The notes under the pieces are model-generated. The model made no database searches. It saw nothing but the letters and a program-made list of their open reading frames with translations, and was not told the origin of the DNA. A program made the translations under genes and the position numbers. Below, piece by piece: positions 1 to 12,188 of a DNA stretch of 64,000 nt (position 1 is its first letter; each line of letters begins with the position of its first letter). This stretch comes from Mytilus trossulus. Its lineage: Eukaryota. The stretch spans positions 15,438,001-15,502,000 of the forward strand of contig NC_086378.1 in the NCBI RefSeq assembly GCF_036588685.1, read 5' to 3'.

Positions 1-481
1 ACTGGTGGAACTTGTACGGGTGGATGGATTAAAAAATGTGAATGTGAATGTCCTTCTGGGTATGTATATAAATAAGAATTTTAAACAAGTATACATTTGA
101 ATACAAGGCGAAATGGGATATACATTATTAAAACAACAATCAAACGACATATATAGTGCATAATTCATTTTGGGGAAAAAATGATGCATGTACAACTATA
201 TGATAAACGTGACTTCTTCGTAGATAAAAACAATAGTTTTGAATAGACTTAAAACTAGACAAATTGCTATTCAAATCAAAATAACTAACACACAAGTGTT
301 GATGTTTCTGTTTTTGGCATGTACCTTAGGTATTGATATAGCATGTACGGAGGTATTAGCGTTTGATAATTGGTAATAACTGGCTGTAAATAGTTATTGA
401 CGGAATATACTCAATCATATAACAGTGCGGTTATATTTGGCATATTCTAAATTGTTAGTGTTTTCTCTTTCTTCCAGATAA
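1..481 (+). CDS. 3' end of a defensin-like (CS-alpha-beta-type) cysteine-rich peptide gene, truncated by the window edge
   Basis: Nt 1-59 read TGGTCTGGWIKKCECECPS-G, resembling the GGxCxGxWxxxCxC tail of mollusc defensins. A GTATGT donor at 60 and a pyrimidine-rich CAG acceptor at 475-477 give GGA then TAA (479-481). Only about 20 codons are visible. Confidence 0.5.
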
Positions 482-2933
482 AAGAAACAAGATATCCAAA
501 AAATATGATCCGATATCAGCGGTAGATTTATAAATTGGTATGAGTTCATCCTAAGTACATGCAGAGATTTAGAAGAAGTCTAAATTAATGATCATATTTT
601 TTGCGATCCCCTTTTTCGTTGTGCAAATAAAATAGATTTTGAATAAAGACTGTTTTCCTTCATTTGGTTCTGTTAGAAATTGTGTAAGGCTAAGTCTATA
701 CAATTTTATAATGATATTATCTGTATAATGGTACATACATTTATTATACACATAATAATCAAAATTATATGAAGCTGGTAACAGTGACCAAGTAGTCTGT
801 CCGATTTTGTCTAAATGGTGCATTTGGTCCGAAATACTTGTTTGAACATGTGTCCTCAGGTTATGATTAATTAAGAAAATGAAGATTTTTTTTTTGGTCT
901 TCATGATTTTATAAAAATCCTTAAAACGTTGATCTTATCTAATACCAACACCTTTTGGTTATGATCAGCGTAACTGATGAAAGAAATCTTATCGCATAAA
1001 CTTGTGTTGTGTTCTTGAAAATGATAAATGTAAGATAAGGAGATGTGGTATGATTGTCAATAAAACCTCTACAAATCATAGTCCAAGTGACGTTGGTGTT
1101 AGAATTTAAAGATCCACAGACATCCGTCAACAAGGAGCAAAAGTCATATAAAAGACCCTCTTCATTAAAACGGTGAAAAAAACACTACGAATTTCGTCCG
1201 TTGGTGCGCTTTGATATACAAATTAAAGGGAGGGGATTTATTGAAAAAACCCATCGGTCTTTATAAAATAGTTAATAAATGAATAGAAAAAAGTAAAATC
1301 ACAAAAATACTGGACTCAGAGGAAAATCAATTCGGAAAGTCCATAATCACATGGCAAAATCAAATAACAAAACGCATCAAAAACGAATGGACAAGAACTG
1401 TCATATTCCTGACTTTGTACAGGCATTTTCAAATGTAGAAAATGGTGGATTAAACCTGGTTCTATAGATCTGACAGATTGCAACAAATCGCAAACATTGA
1501 AAAACGTGATCATATCAATAATAAAATATCTATTGTAAAAGACTTAGGAATAAATGAGCACCCTACACAAACAAATCACTTGACAATGATTATATTTTGG
1601 CACAGAGCATATGACAGATACTTCTTATCCGATATCAAGCATAACATGCTGCAAAGTACCAGTGGTTTGAAGACAAACAATTAATAAACTGCACTAGTTA
1701 TGAAGTCTTGATTTGACTTGATATTTGAATAATAGGTACATGTATTATCAATTCAATGATCACGGCAATTGCCAACACTAAAATACGTTTTCTGATAATT
1801 TCCAAGAGCGTGCAGCATTTGGTTTTAGTTTGGTTTTAGTTCTTTGAGACTTCAGACCTCTCAATAATATTTAATGACCTTTGTAATGACAGAAGTATTA
1901 CATCTAATATGTGGTAACCCATAAAAACATGTGTGGAACTTTTATTCATAAAGTTGACCCTCGATGTCCCTAGATTATGAGGTATATGTGGCTGTTTTGC
2001 AAGGAACTCAAACATTCTCGTCTTAGGATAGAGACAGTGTGTTTAGTTGATGTGTTATCCTTGGTTTTAGTTTATAACCCAGACTTATTTTCTCTCAATT
2101 TGAACAGACGTATACTACTGTTGCATAAATGTCGTTTATCTGGTCATATACCTTATACTTTTACCATGTTCTTTAATTGTATTCACAAAGTGAAATAAGT
2201 ACAATGATAGATTTTTATGACAATATGCGCAAAATTGTATTCTCTAGGAATCACTTTTTAATCTTAATGCTTAATGGTCATTTTTTTTTATTATCTAAAC
2301 AGCTCTTTAATTGAACGATCAAACAAATTATTTTGCCAGCTTTTATTCATTCGTTTGATGTGATTTGAGTTTTGATTTTTGCCATTTCATTACGGACTTT
2401 TCGTTTTGAGTTTTCCTCGGAATACAGTAATTTTTATTTACTTTTAAGAGAGTGTTTAATGGTCTTACTTTTTTAAAATTTATAAAGTTTTACGAAAAAT
2501 CAATTTCAACAAGTCAAAACTTAAAGTTTTAAATAGATTGGCTTTCTAGTTATAGAATGTGAGCTTGTTAGAGAATAGACGTCTTTCGCTTTGTACCAAC
2601 TCTGGTAGATATTTGTCTCAGTCTTACACTTCCGATCACCTTCAGTTTTTGTGAGGTTCGTGATGCTCAAACATAAGTTTTCTATGGGGTGTTTTGTGAA
2701 CTGGTGTTTTTAACGACAACTTTTGTCAAACAAATATAGAAATTGATTACATTTTGGTTAGGTTGTTTGAAAATAAAAATTGAGTAGTAAAAATTACGAA
2801 AATCATCACTTCAAAAGAACTGTTGTTTAATCTGAAAATATTTGTTCAAAGGTTGCAATAACCTTTTTTATCGGTCGTCCCACTGTCTATATCACCCTGT
2901 TCAGCTGAAACACACAAATATAGCCCGATAAAT

Positions 2934-3096
2934 CGATTATCAGATTATCTGCATATTGATATTGTAAAATATCAGCTGCTTGACATAATATGAAGGCTTT
3001 TTTATCTCGTTCGCTACGCTCACTCGACAAAAAGCTTCATATTATGTCTCGCAGCTGATATTTTACGATATCAACATGCAGATAACCTGATAATCG
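2934..3096. mobile_element. Foldback MITE-like element (~70-bp imperfect inverted arms)
   Basis: CGATTATCAGATTATCTGCATATTGATATTGTAAAATATCAGCTGC... is mirrored by ...GCAGCTGATATTTTACGATATCAACATGCAGATAACCTGATAATCG. Confidence 0.7.
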
Positions 3097-4049
3097 GTAC
3101 AAACTCAATATCAATAGAATATATAACCACAAAACCAGAAACGTAGTGACCTACCGAATAAGACTATGACCGGTTTTGTACTAGCATGGTACAAACGGGT
3201 GCCACTTGTGGAGCTTGATAGAATGCCGGAGCCCCTTATGTTCGTATTGCGTGTTCTTTGTTTTTATGTTGTGTTTTGTTTACCATTGTTTGTCTGTTTG
3301 TCCGTTTCTTTTTCAGCCATTGCATTGTCATTTTATTTCAGATTGTTGAATGTAAATCTGGTATTTTTTTCCCCTTTTCAGCATTTTAATGAGTACCTTT
3401 TTAATTAAACTAATAAATATAAACGTTGTACTTGTTATCCTCAATACAAAGTGTTTTTTTTATTTTTGCTCTAAAGTATTTAAGAAAAAGACTATATAGA
3501 TTTCAATTCATGTTTTACATTTTTGGATATCAAGTTTGGTCCTCACTGATGACGCTCGGTTGTTATTGCAGATCTGCTGATTTATCTATCACCTTTGAAG
3601 GACGAACAAAAGTCAATGCACCCCTTGAACAGTATTTTGCGATACAATCTTTCTTTTTCACAGGGTCCTGCAGATTTCTACACATCGAACACATTACGTT
3701 TGCCAACACACTGACAATAACACTAGATTTGTCGTTGGGTAATCCTTTATTAAGTTTTACATGATTCAATTGGTCCGTTATTCCTGTAAAACAAATCCTG
3801 TATTAATCATTTTTGAACGTACACGATATTGTATTTCAAGTAATAAGCTTTCGAAAAAATACCAAGCAAGATACACTTCCACTACTAACTGGTCAGAGTC
3901 ATTACATTTTAAGCTGCTTCAATTGCTTTTTTTTTTTTTTTATCAAAATGTAAAATGAATTTAAATGATATAATTCCTTGTACATTTGTACATAGACAGA
4001 TGAAAATTGAAAAGATAGATGTTAATTATTAATAACTGGATTTCCATCC

Positions 4050-4545
4050 TTATTTGCTTTCCCCCGACAAATGTATGTATGTACTTCGAGATGCCGCCAG
4101 TTGAGACGCCTCCTTGATTGACTTCAAGGTAACAGTGGATCAATGTACTCTCCCTTAATGGATTAAAGGAGATGTGTCCTTTACAATAGTATCCCACCAT
4201 CAGAACAATCCCCACCCAAAACCGCCCAAAGGGAGCGTGTAGGAAGAATTATGGGGGAGGAAGCCGAAGTGTTCGGAGAGAACCACCGGGCTTCTCGGCG
4301 AAAACAGACAACCCGAAGAGATTTAAGAAGATTGATCGCCAGATAAATCTGGGAACAACTTTGACCTACCGGGGCCTCCGAAGTATCCAATCTAGTTTAA
4401 ACTCCAGTCTTGATACCAGAGATGTGTGTGAGAGGGTAAAATTCACCCTACTGATGTACTGTAAATTCGACGTCTCGAGTGAGAATCGAACTCGGGACTG
4501 TCAGTACTGAAGCCATCAGTCTTAACCACTAGACCACGAACTCAC
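4050..4545 (-). mobile_element. tRNA-derived SINE in the intron of paralog 1
   Basis: The minus-strand head (4545-4475) has an A box (TGGTCTAGTGG) and a B box (GTTCGATTC), followed by a GC-richer body. The 3' boundary is approximate. Confidence 0.6.
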
Positions 4546-4684
4546 ACAAACGAGATTGTTAAAGTTTGGGGCCTCCTTAGCTGCTTCCATGGGAAATTTA
4601 GGGTTGATGTTATAAGTTATGCTTATCAAAATACAAATGCATAATTAAAAAAAATATATATGCTTTTTAATTGCACAGGGTGTA

Positions 4685-4877
4685 TTTCTTATTCAAGGCA
4701 TAGATAACTTAGCCGTATTTGGTATAACGTTTTGAAATTTTGGGTTTCCCTTGCTCTTAATCTTTATACTTGTTAGGATTTCTAATTATTTTGATCTGAG
4801 CGTCAATGATGAGTCTTATGCAGACGAAACACGTATATGGCATACCTAATTATAAGCCTGGTACATTTGATGACTAT
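4685..4877 (+). repeat. Degenerate retrozyme (family A) fragment
   Basis: Matches the 15.3-16.3 kb repeat. The hammerhead core is mutated (CGTCA-ATGATGA-GTCTTATGCAGAC-GAAA at 4801-4829). Confidence 0.65.
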
Positions 4878-5383
4878 TCGTACCTTGTTGTAGTTGATTC
4901 GAACGGTTTCAATCTCATGATGTCTTAGTTTTTCAGCGTAATGTTTTTGCTTGTTGACAATACAATCTACATAAAAATAAATATTTCAAAATTGTTCTTA
5001 CCTGAATAGCTTCTTTGTGTAAAGCAATAAGACTAAAGCCAACATCAGCGAGCAATGGGACGGAATTGCCATACTGGTACTTCAGCTGTTTACTCACATA
5101 AATGCAGTAATGGGATTTAATACAATATGTCATCACTTATGTCGTGTAGTTGAATACATTTGAATAGCTTGAGGTAATTCAATACTTACTGTCGGAAATA
5201 AGCAAATCATGTGAATAAAAACCCATTTAAAACGTTCCTGTTTCATTAATTATCATAGCAAAAGTTGTCATGACAACATGTAACGATAGTACAAAGGTCT
5301 TTCTTAGATAATTGTGTAGAATATTTAGGAACAGCTTTATATTGAGGCATACAACTTCATTTAAGTCGTCGTTATTCAAGTAA

Positions 5384-7146
5384 AACTAGAGGCTCTAAAG
5401 AGCCTGTGTCGCTCACCTTGGTCTATGTGCATATTAAACAAAGGACACAAATGGATTCATGACAAAATTGTATTTTGGTGATGGTGATGTGTTTGAAGTT
5501 CTTACTTTACTAAACGATTTTGCTTCTTACAATTATATCTATCATGAACTTTGCCCATTAGTAACAGAGAACTATATTTGGTAAAAATTTACATAAATTT
5601 ACCAAATTAATGAAAATTGTTAAAAATTGACTATAAAGGGCAATAACTCCTTAAGGGGTCAATTGACCATTTAGGTCATGTTGACTTATTTGTAGATCTT
5701 ACTTTGCTGAACATTATTGCTGTTTACAGTTTATCGCTATCTATAATAGTATTCAAGATAACCAAAAACGGCAAAATTTCTTTTAAAATTACCAATTGGA
5801 GGGCAGCAACCCAACAACCAGTTGTCCAATTCATCTGAAAAATTCAGGGCAGATAGATATTGACTTGATTAACAATTTAACTTCTTGTCAGATTTGCTCT
5901 AGATGCTTTGGTTTTATAGTTATAAGCAAAAAACTGCATTTTACCCCTATGTTCTATTTTTAGCCGTGGCGGCCATCTTGGTTGAATGGCCAGGTCATCG
6001 GACACATTTTTCAAACTAGATACCCCAAAGATGATTGTGGCCTAGTAGTTTCAGTGGAGATTTTGTAAAAGATTACTTAGATTTATGAAAAATGGTAAAA
6101 GATTGACTATAAAGGGCAATAACTCCTAAAGGGGTCAACTGACCATTTTGGTCATTTGACTTATTTGTAGATCTTACGTTGCTGAACATTATTGCTGTTT
6201 ACAGTTTATCTCTATCTATAATAATATTCAAGATAATAACCAAAAACAGCAAAATTTCCTCAAAATTACCAATTCAGGGGCAGCAACCCAACAACCGATT
6301 GACCGATTCATCTGAAAATTTCAGGGCAGATAGTTCTTGACCTGATAAACATTTTTATCCCATGTCAGATTTCCTCAAAATGCTTTGGTTTTTGAGTTAT
6401 AAGCCAAAAACTGCATTTTACCCCTATGTTCTATTTTTAGAGGTGGCGGCCATCTTGGTTGGTTGACCAGGTCACGCCACACATTTTTTAAACTAGATAC
6501 CCCAAAGATGATTGTGGCCAAGTTTGGATTAATTTGGCCAAGTAGTTTCAGAGGAGAAGATTTTTGTAAAAGATTACTTTAATTTACGAAAAATGGTTAA
6601 AAATTGACTATAAAGGGCAATAACTCCTAAACGGGTCAACTGACCATTTTGGTCATGTTGACTTATTTGTAGATCTTTCTTTGTTGAACATTATTGCTGT
6701 TTACAGTTTATCTCTAACTATAATAATATTCAAGATAATAACCAAAAACAGCAAAATTTCTTCAAAATTACCAATTCAGGGGCAGCAACCCAACAACCGA
6801 TTGACCGATTCATCTGAAAATTTCAGGGCAGATAGATCTTGACCTGATAAACATTTTTACCCCATGTCAGATTTGCTCTAAATGCTTTGGTTTTTGAGTT
6901 ATAAGCCAAAAACTGCATTTTACCCCTATGTTCTATTTTTAGCCGTGGCGGCCATCTTGGTTGGTTGACCGGGTCACGCCACACATTTTTTAAACTAGAT
7001 ACCCCAATGATGATTGTGGCCAAGTTTGGTTTGATTTGGCCCAGTAGTTTCAGAGGAGAAGATTTTTGTAAAAGTTAACGACGACGGACGACGGACGCCA
7101 ATTGATGAGAAAAGCTCACTTGGCCCTTCGGGCCAGGTGAGCTAAA
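5384..7146 (-). mobile_element. Non-autonomous Helentron/DINE-1-like element with an internal ~480-500-bp tandem repeat array
   Basis: Subterminal inverted repeats GCTCACCT (5411) and AGGTGAGC (7135). Terminal hairpins AGGCTCTAAAGAGCCT and GCTCACTTGGCCCTTCGGGCCAGGTGAGC. ACGG/ACG microsatellite at 7078-7097, A-rich flanks, and about three repeat units (GACTATAAAGGGCAATAACTCC at ~5629, 6105, 6606). Confidence 0.8.
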
Positions 7147-8525
7147 AAAGGAATATATTGAAAAATTAAGGAAATAACTAAGTTGATCAATTGGTTGTTG
7201 TTTCCATACTATCAGATCAAATCAACAATGCATTCAATGTTTAGCTTTTCAAAGTCTGAAGACATATAAATCTTTATGTCTTTATATTATATTACTTAGA
7301 TTATTGGCAGTCTTTAAAGTCGCAACCCCCAAGAACACTATATTTGACAATTCGACCACTGGAATGTTGTATCATGCTGAATTCTTCTTTCTTAGTTTTG
7401 ATGTTTAAAAAAATACTCTGAAAGTGCAGTTATATTGTGTTAAGGGTGGAGAAATAAAAAGTTGTAAGCAAAGCAAATAAAAAGAATAAGCCAATACTTT
7501 AGACAAAAACCTGACGAGCCAACAAAACACTACTAATATATATAACAATTGAGCAACACCCAGCCCTCATTGTAAGTTAATCTCAGGCAATCCAAAATAT
7601 TATCAGTTTATGCGTCACTAGGAACACGGCTATTTTATTCTTAAATAAGATACTTTGATGGGCTATTAATATAACATATTAAAAATATCGTTCAATATTG
7701 TCCCTAACCGAATGTATTTTTTTAACACGACTGTCGTATTGATGTATGCTCAACCTCTGCTTCTGTCGATCTGTAATGCCAGCAGCTATACATGTCAAGA
7801 AACAATCATTCATTTAACCAGTCGACCAATTGATACAGTAAAAAATAAATTAACTTAGAATTTAATTTAGTATTTTTTTCATTTTGAAAATTATTTTGAA
7901 ATTTATAAAAAAAAAAATCAAATTCTTAATATTTGAAGATCATAGTTCATATTCTTGCATGAACTTCGATTAACGAATTTCATAAACTGTTATCTTCGTT
8001 TGCTCCTTGATATAAGTGGGCGTTTAAGGCAATTGTTTTATCAAATAATCCATTTCTGTGTATGTTGGAGTTTGTAACTGTTGCATTTCATAGTTTCTGT
8101 TGTTCTGTTGTTTTTCATTTTTAGTTAATTTGTGTCCCTCAGTTATAGTTGGTAACCCTCATTTTTCTCGTAATCGAGTTATTATGCCTTTTGGACAGCA
8201 GTATACTACTGTGTTGGATTTAAATATAAAAACTTAAAGTGTCAATATGTTTCAACAAGTAGTTCATTAAATCACCTGTGTGTTTTATATATTTATATAT
8301 CCGATGAATACACTCTCTTGTAGAGTTGTCACTTGTTCAGACGTAATTATAACATAGTTACTTCTGTGACTTCATCTTTCATTAATTTGTAGGATTCTTT
8401 ACAATGAATATTTCAGCTGATCTGTAACAACTACATACCTTATATATATCATGTACTGTATTTCGAAGCTAGATTAAAACTGACGAGGAAAAGTAGCACC
8501 AACCACCAAAGCTTTATTTTTATGT

Positions 8526-8690
8526 GGACTAAGTGGTCGAGTGGTCTAGCGCGCCGGATACTGTGCAAGGCGATATCTCAGTAGTATGAGTTCGAATTCC
8601 GGCAAGGGAAGAACAAAAACATTTGATATATCAAATTTACAGATCTAACATTGTTTGGCTGATGTTTAGACGAATTATATACAGTATATA
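8526..8690 (+). mobile_element. tRNA-derived SINE head, degenerate
   Basis: A box TGGTCGAGTGG and B box GTTCGAATT are present, but no complete cloverleaf forms. Confidence 0.45.
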
Positions 8691-10529
8691 TGATATATTC
8701 ATAAGTCTAAATTGAAAACAACGTTCAAACCTATGATTGCGTTGGATAAAAACCGCAATTTCTATACTTGTAAAACACATTTCGTTGTAAAGGGGTATCA
8801 ATACAGCACAAACAACATTTTCCAAAAGACCAAAAAAGTGAAAAAAGTATATTTAAACAAAACACATTTGACTAGCATGACGAACAACTAATGTTCTTAA
8901 ACCATGCTGACTGCCATTAGCGATTGCCAAAAAAATTGATCACAAGGTTTAACAAAACGGATCTTGATATTGATTTAATACTGAACAGAAAACAATAAAC
9001 TTGCGGCAAAGATGTTATACCACAAACATGAGGTGCAAAATTTGTACACCAGATCCGAATTTCGACAATAAATGTCTCTTCAGTGATGTTAGAGATCAAA
9101 ACGGTATTTAGTATACATATTTAGGACCTGCTGATATATAGAAAAATACGGGGATTTGGTTCGATTGCAAATAGGACAATTATATCCCGTAGACTTAAAA
9201 TGAAGTGTCTGTAAGCAAGTATAGACAAAACGTAACAATGAGGCTAACCCATATCATTCCGGTGGCAATAAACAGCCCCGACATGACGAATGTGAAACAA
9301 TTCAAACGAGAAGACCAACGAATAAATTTATAACAAAATAATTGATTCAACACAAAAAATGACTGATATGGGTACATGACAACCAATGAACTACAGTAAC
9401 TCACCTGGGGCAAGCACAGAAAGAATGTGGCGGGGTTCAGATGATTGTGGGCGTTTTAACTTCCCTAAAAGAAAACGAAAGATACTAGAGGGACAGCCAA
9501 ACTCATATATTGAAAATAAACTGACAACGCCATGGAATTGTTTTTAGGTATCATTTGACATTATAATATGAATAGGGTAATTTAGAACGACGTACAAGGA
9601 ATATACATGCATCTGCTTATGTTTACCGTTGCAAAATTGTCTACCTAAAACTTCTTAGTGACCAAGAAATTGCATCACAAATAAAGCACACATCGTACCA
9701 TACCGTATATGTTTCATATCAACAAATTTGATTCATTCATACAGTACATAGATTATTTAATAGGGATGGCCGAAAGGGGGGAGTGGCAATCAAAATCCTA
9801 TTGTCCGCCCTTTTAGATAAAAAGGAACTTCATTACATGAACATGTTGTTCAGTGGCTGCAATTGCCATTTGTTGATGTGGTTCATAAGAGTTTTTCGTT
9901 TAGATTAGACTATACTATTCATTTTCAAGTTTGAATGGTTTTATACTTGTCATTTTTACAAATTGTGACTATATAGGAGAGTTGCCTTGTTACCACTACC
10001 ACCACATCTTCTGACATTTGTTTAAAAGTGTCCACTTCTACATACGGAATATATGTTCCCCAATTGATACGACTATCTAGAGCTTGTATTTTCTATCAAA
10101 ATTTACTTGATAAAGTGTTGCTGCTCATAAGGAAGCTATTGAACAAAGAGTTTAATTTTACGGACGTCATCATGAGTTGGTTAAAAGATTATGTCTGATA
10201 TGTTCCTAATGTCGTAGCTACAATCCATTTCCCTTTTCAAGAGTGTGACCTTCCGAATTTTACTAGTTTCCGGGTTTGTTATAACATGAGCAACATGACG
10301 AGTGTCACACGTGGAGCAGGATCTGCATTCCCCGTTAGAGCACATGAGATAACCCTCACTTTTTTAGGGATTTATTCTCTAGTTTTCTTTGTTATGTCCT
10401 GAGTATTTTTGTTTGTCTTTTTGCCATGACGTTGTCAGTCGATTTTGTATCCATGAGCTTGAATTTCCTATTAGTACATTTCGCTCCTCTTCTATGTTAT
10501 ATATATCATATATGAATTCATATAAAAAA

Positions 10530-10985
10530 TATAGTTATCAAAGGTAAAGGATTATAGTTTGATACGCCAAACGCGCGTTTCGTCTACATAAGACTCATCA
10601 GTGACGCTGAGATTAAACAAAAATTGATAGTAAAACAAGTACAAAGTTAAAGAGCATTGAGGACCCAAAATTCCAAAAAAGTTGTTCCAAATACGGCTAT
10701 GATAATCTATGCCTGGGATAAGAAAATCCTTAATATTTATAATAATTAATACTTTTGCAACCAGTTAATTTATAAAAATGACCAAATAATTGACATTTAT
10801 GTCAACCCCTACTGGTCCGGTGATATCCTTGGGGACGAAACGTCCACCAGCAGTGGCATCGACTCAATAGTGTAAATATATATCAAAGGTACCAGGAATA
10901 TAGTTTTATACGCCAGACGCGCGTTTCGTCAGCACAAGACTCATTAGTGACGCTCAGATAAAAAAGTTTGAAATCCAAAACTATA
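10530..10985 (-). ncRNA. Retrozyme family A: tandem repeat with two type I hammerhead ribozymes 346 nt apart
   Basis: The minus strand at 10606-10564 reads CGTCA-CTGATGA-GTCT TATGT AGAC-GAAA-CGCGCG-TT-TGGCG with an intact core. The copy at 10952-10911 has CTAATGA (core mutated). Confidence 0.8.
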
Positions 10986-12188
10986 CTAGTTTTTCCTTTC
11001 GTGACTATTTAAAACTTTTCCATCAGCTGCTGTCAATTAATATATCATGTTTTGACATATTCGATCCTTTTTCAGCTCGTTATTTATTTGCCTGTGGTAA
11101 TATGTACTGTGTGACGTATGTTTTATGAATAAGTTATATATCGAAATAATTATTAATTATATATGTTACATAAAACATCCAAAACAGCTTTAAATTACAA
11201 ATTCATAATTAATGGAACGTATTTTGGTAGTATCCAATGATTTAAACAGAATTAATACTGTTTTTTTTAAAATAGAAAAGCTCTCGAGTTGAGATGACCA
11301 ATGATAATCTGTATATTGCTATTTTACTTATGACAACGTTGTTAATCTAATGATAGTTTTCATATCATTCGACTCCGCTGAAAAAGAAAATTATCAGTTA
11401 GCAAGATCAAAGGATAATTTCGTAAAATAGCAACAATTTTATATTTAACACAAGCATAATACAAAGTGATTAAGCTGTGCTAAGTTTTAAATGCTAAAAA
11501 TGAAATCAGTAAAAGGTATCCATAAATCATCTGAAAATATACCATCTATAAATTCATCCAATTCAAAAATACATTTTAAAATACCATTGAGTTGAACTTA
11601 CAATTCGTCAATCAAGAGAAGATTTCTCATATTACTCTTTTCAATATTAATATTTTGACTCTCACATGCACAAATTGAGGATGGAGGCAAAACAAAAATC
11701 GTAAGATGCACATACATAATCATTTTCGGTGGTCATACAAAAACTACCTGCGAATTAAAATGTTGATTATTTTACAATTGTTACGTAACACATACCGGTA
11801 ATATGCATTCGGAATAAAAAAAAAAGTATACTAGTAGTATAAATGACTACGATGGGAAAGCTATATGTTTTCTTTAAGGGTAAAATAGCGAACACTAGTA
11901 GAAATGAAAAGTAGTACTCTGGAACATTTATGAATATTTACATGTACATTTATAATTTTCGTTCCATATTTACATAAACTAAACACTTTCCATGAACTAG
12001 CAGTTATCACAGAATGCTCCACACATAATCATGCATTATCTTAATCAGACAACCTAATACTAGATATGCAGTTTTAAATGTTAAGTTTATATACAAGCGA
12101 AACTAGTATTCGAGATTTAACTGTTTTTCACAAACATTCTATTTTTAAAATATTATTATATTTAGATTTTTGTCAATGTTATTCATCT

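Larger units (their letters stand above)
3563..5072 (-). pseudogene. Secreted 4-Cys module peptide gene, paralog 1 (one module), with an apparent 1-nt frameshift in the signal-peptide exon
   Basis: Exon 2 is 3783-3563 (acceptor TTTTACAG) and encodes GITDQLNHVKLNKGLP...CSMCRNLQDPVKKKDCIAKYC...ADLQ*, homologous to paralog 3. Exon 1 is 5072-5002 (ATG to GTAAGA donor), 71 nt, phase 2, whereas exon 2 needs phase 1. Removing one T restores a signal-like MAIPSHCSLMLALV(L/Y)CFTQRSYS-G. Confidence 0.65.

Noticed and set aside
4475-4545. tRNA gene with an apparent TCA anticodon (Sec or suppressor)
   Set aside because: The anticodon, T and acceptor stems do not pair properly and there is no long variable arm. 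A SINE head explains it better.
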